Shown: piece after piece, positions 61,001 through 64,000 of the stretch
How positions within the stretch are numbered: position 1 is the stretch's first letter
How the letters are laid out: each line of letters begins with the position of its first letter
Assembly: GCF_031769215.1 (NCBI RefSeq)
Contig: NW_026781981.1
Coordinates: 124,001 to 188,000 of the forward strand
Direction of reading: 5' to 3'
Source of the DNA: Ylistrum balloti
Taxonomy: Eukaryota
Length of the DNA stretch: 64,000 bases
The notes under the pieces: generated by a model
Seen by the model: only the letters and a program-made list of their open reading frames with translations
The model's database searches: none
What the model was told of the DNA's origin: nothing
Program-made: the position numbers and the translations under genes

Positions 61001-62655
61001 TTTGTGTTCTATGCTGTTAACGTTTACTACATGTATGTGATTGGAGTCATGACGACATCTAGCAAGAAATTTTGGAACTACTACTGTTTTCGTTCATGAA
61101 AATTTCATTAAGATATCTCACATTTGACTAATCAAAATGCTGTGTGTTAGGACACTGCAGTAGCCAGCTCCGGTCTGGACCAGAGAAATAATCATTATCT
61201 CAAGATTGAAATTGTCAATATGCCCATACTTTTTTAAAAATTATATCTACATTTTTTGATCACAGAAAAAAATGTCTGATAGAATTTTCACCAAGAAAAT
61301 GAAGAGGAGAAAAAGAGCCATTTGCAAAGATCTATTGATTATGGGTATCAAGCTGCTTTAGGTATCTCTCGTATCAGAATCTAATATAAAAGTTGGTAAT
61401 CACATCCCTGAATGTGTATGGGACCAAGTGTAGCAGTAACACAATCTCTTGTATAAATAATAGATGATACGTATTTTGAGTACACACATAAGTATAAAGG
61501 TGTAGAAATGTATTGCATTTTCTAGTCTATGTGTTTTTATTATACATGCTTTCAGGAATATATTTGTTAATGGTGACTCCTAACTTTGTAGGTAAAAATT
61601 CAGGGCTCCAGTAAAGACATGTTGGAGTCTGCCTGCGAACTTTTCTTGGGAAAGCCAGAATCTGAGATCCGTAAGGTGGCTCAGGAAACCCTAGAAGGTC
61701 ACCAGAGAGCTATTATGGGAAATATGACTGTAGAGGTACTTACTCGTCAGCTTGTAAACTATCTAATTGTATCAGGACCTGTATATTGTTAATCACTTTG
61801 ATTTAGTGAATAATTTATTTTGGGAACTTAGCTTTTCAGACATACTTGTGAATACATGATTTTGCGAATGCTGATCTAGAAGTGACTTAAAATTTGTAAT
61901 TGGTGAGCTGCTCGAGCATAGATTCTGTGCTCAAGCAGACTGTTTAATAATTCGCCAAAATCATATAAAATAATACAAATGTCAAATATAAACATTGAAT
62001 ATAACTTTGACTGGAAGTCCTTTCAAACTTTTTTGAAAATTTCATGCTTGAGCATGAGAATGGTTTCATGAATACGGGCCCTGGATTCTGTAAGACTCTG
62101 ATATCATTAACAGAATCAACATTGGTGCCATCCAGAGTTATTTACATACAAACAATAGAGAGAGGTTTTAACTCCTGATTGTTTCTCTTTGTGTATTTCG
62201 TGTACGAAAACAAATCCCTCTTGAAATATCAGTGATTTACAGTATACTTGTCAAATATTCAGCAGGTCTTACCTTAACCTAAGAACAGGGTATATTCAGG
62301 ATCAAAATCCTGCCACTGAGCTTATTGTTTAATATTTGAAATGTTCAAAAAAGATTAAGAAGGAAGAAAGGTGAAAAGGAAAAAAAATAGCAATCATTTA
62401 TATACCTTAGAATCGCAAAATATAAAAGGTTTATTTTGAAATTTTATCAGTGTATAAATAGACATTTACCTTTTTACCAGTATGTATTGTTCTTGGTTTT
62501 GGATCAAATTGCCACTATTTGCTTTTGGTAAATAGGAAATCTACAAGGACCGTAAGAAGTTCTCCAAAGCTGTGTTCGAGGTAGCTTCCTCTGACCTGGT
62601 CAACATGGGAATCTGTGTCGTGAGTTACACACTAAAGGACATTCGTGACGATGAG
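55050..62655 (+). CDS. FLOT1: Flotillin-1 (SPFH/band-7 domain), 5' partial: exons 55050-55095, 56350-56425, 57712-57802 or 58405-58495, 61592-61735, 62536-62655; continues beyond window
   Basis: Spliced translation [41 protein letters not shown]-[exon 3][88 protein letters not shown]. Closely matches flotillin-1 rather than flotillin-2; canonical splice sites. Confidence 0.95.
56350..56425 (+). CDS. FLOT1: FLOT1 exon 2 (76 nt, phase 1-2)
   Basis: ttttcacag acceptor, AAG|gtcagt donor; GGRVFVWP motif. Confidence 0.95.
57712..57802 (+). CDS. FLOT1: FLOT1 exon 3A (91 nt, phase 2-0): [31 protein letters not shown]
   Basis: ttgcttag acceptor, CAA|gtaagt donor. Confidence 0.9.
58405..58495 (+). 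CDS. FLOT1: FLOT1 exon 3B (91 nt, phase 2-0): [31 protein letters not shown]
   Basis: tttatttcag acceptor, CAG|gtaagc donor; paralogous to 3A; missed by the ORF track. Confidence 0.9.
61592..61735 (+). CDS. FLOT1: FLOT1 exon 4 (144 nt, phase 0-0)
   Basis: ctaactttgtag acceptor, GAG|gtactt donor; [12 protein letters not shown] motif. Confidence 0.95.
62536..62655 (+). CDS. FLOT1: FLOT1 exon 5 (120 nt, phase 0-0)
   Basis: aaatag acceptor, GAG|gtaaat donor; [10 protein letters not shown]...DLVNMGI...SYTLKDI. Confidence 0.95.
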
Positions 62656-62729
62656 GTAAATACTACAGTGTCCCAGAGAAGACAATACTGTGAATAAAAG
62701 TGTATTCAGATCTCTCAGCAACACTTTCA

Positions 62730-63465
62730 TGGTGTCATCACAGGACAGTCTGGATGTCCTGGGTGTCATCACAGGACAGTCAAGATTTCCGGGGTGTAAC
62801 CACAGGCCAGTCTGGATGTCCGGGGTGTCATCACAAGACAGTCTGGATGTCCTGGGTGTCATCACAGGACAGTCTGGATGTCCTGGGTGTCATCACAGGG
62901 CAGTCAAGATGTCCTGGGTGTCATCACAGAACAGTCTGGATGTCCTGGGTGTCATCACAGGGCAGTCAAGATGTCCTGCTGGGTGTCATCACAGGACAGT
63001 CAAGATGTCCTGGGTGTCATCACAGGGCAGAAAAGATGTCCTGCTGGGTGTCATCACAGGACAGTCTGGATGTCCTGGGTGTCATCACAGGGCAGTCAAG
63101 ATGTCCTGCTGGGTGTCATCACAGGACAGTCTGGATGTCCTGGGTGTCATCACAGGGCAGTCAAGATGTCCTGCTGGGTGTCATCACAGGACAGTCAAGA
63201 TGTCCTGGGTGTTATCACAGGACAGTCCTGATGTCCTGGGTGTCATCACAGGGCAGTCAAGATGTCCTGGGTGTCATCACAGGACAGTCAAGATGTCCTG
63301 GGTGTCATCACAGGACAGTCTGGATGTCCTGGGTGTCATCACAGGACAGTCTGGATGTCCTGGGTGTCATCACAGGACAGTCTGGATGTCCTGGGTGTCA
63401 TCACAGGACAGTCAAGATGTCCTGGGTGTCATCACAGGACAGTCAAGATGGCCTGGGTGTCATCT
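62730..63465. repeat. Minisatellite, 31/34-bp unit, ~23 copies, in FLOT1 intron 5
   Basis: gatgtcctg(ctg)ggtgtcatcacagg(a/g)cagtc(tg/aa). Confidence 0.95.
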
Positions 63466-64000
63466 CAGTAGAGATCTGACTGTTTTTTTAGCTATGACTG
63501 ATATATGAAAGTCAGATAATTTACATGGCCAAGGAATTCAAAATATGAATTTTTTTCTGTTTTTGGCATAGAAAAACTGTGAATTTTAAATGTCATATGC
63601 TTTATAAAAAATATGCATAGAACTGTCACAATATCAAACCCTCAAGAACAGATGGAAATACATAGTTAAAATTTGAATACACTATATGTTCAGATTCAAT
63701 CTTAATAAAAAAGGAGCTGAAGGTCTTTAAAGATATTGTGACAGATCTAAGGCTGAGGCAATTTCACAACTCACTGCTCCTATATATTGTCAAAAATTAT
63801 ATCGAACAAGGATTCATACTGCATGTACACTGCCTTACTTTAGGAAATACTAAATGTGACATAGTCAACAAGCTATTGTGGTTGTTTTATTCATAACTTC
63901 ATGATATTTCAGATAAAGCTGACAGCATTTCCAAACATTCACAATTCTCTTATTGGACTGATCATGTATTGATCTTAAAAGATGTTTGATATGATCGACA

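Noticed and set aside
62700-62740. RSLSNTF as a third copy of FLOT1 exon 3
   Set aside because: It is downstream of exon 5, similarity is limited to a few codons, and it runs straight into the minisatellite
62690-63508. 272/259/117-aa ORFs as proteins
   Set aside because: They are translations of a 31/34-bp minisatellite cycling through frames, inside FLOT1 intron 5

Overview
AT-rich metazoan genomic DNA. It is most likely a lophotrochozoan or bivalve mollusc, inferred from composition, dense intronic minisatellites and V-SINE/CR1-type repeats. The window holds two spliced genes head-to-head. (1) A complete AKNA-family gene lies on the minus strand. I assembled 15 core coding exons by hand (ATG 40217, stop 2713) with consistent splice phases, giving 2019 aa. 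Two further in-frame cassette-exon candidates would give up to 2065 aa, and a probable leader exon ends at 49740. (2) The 5' part of flotillin-1 lies on the plus strand (ATG 55050, running off the window). Its 91-nt third exon is present in two intact, divergent copies that look mutually exclusive. The ~5 kb between the genes holds a decayed mariner transposase, a 124-bp hairpin, a 5'-truncated CR1/L2-type LINE and tRNA-like fragments. About 13 unrelated minisatellite arrays (29-71 bp units, roughly 15% of the window) fill the introns and explain most long ORFs in the supplied track. The best leads are the FLOT1 exon 3A/3B switch (it swaps a Cys near the palmitoylated N-terminus), an AKNA cassette exon that creates an RGRP AT-hook-like core across a splice junction, a minisatellite built from an AKNA exon/donor junction, a uORF/exon-skip arrangement in the AKNA leader, and AKNA-FLOT1 linkage as a possible proto-MHC relic. 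All gene models are manual and have no transcript support.
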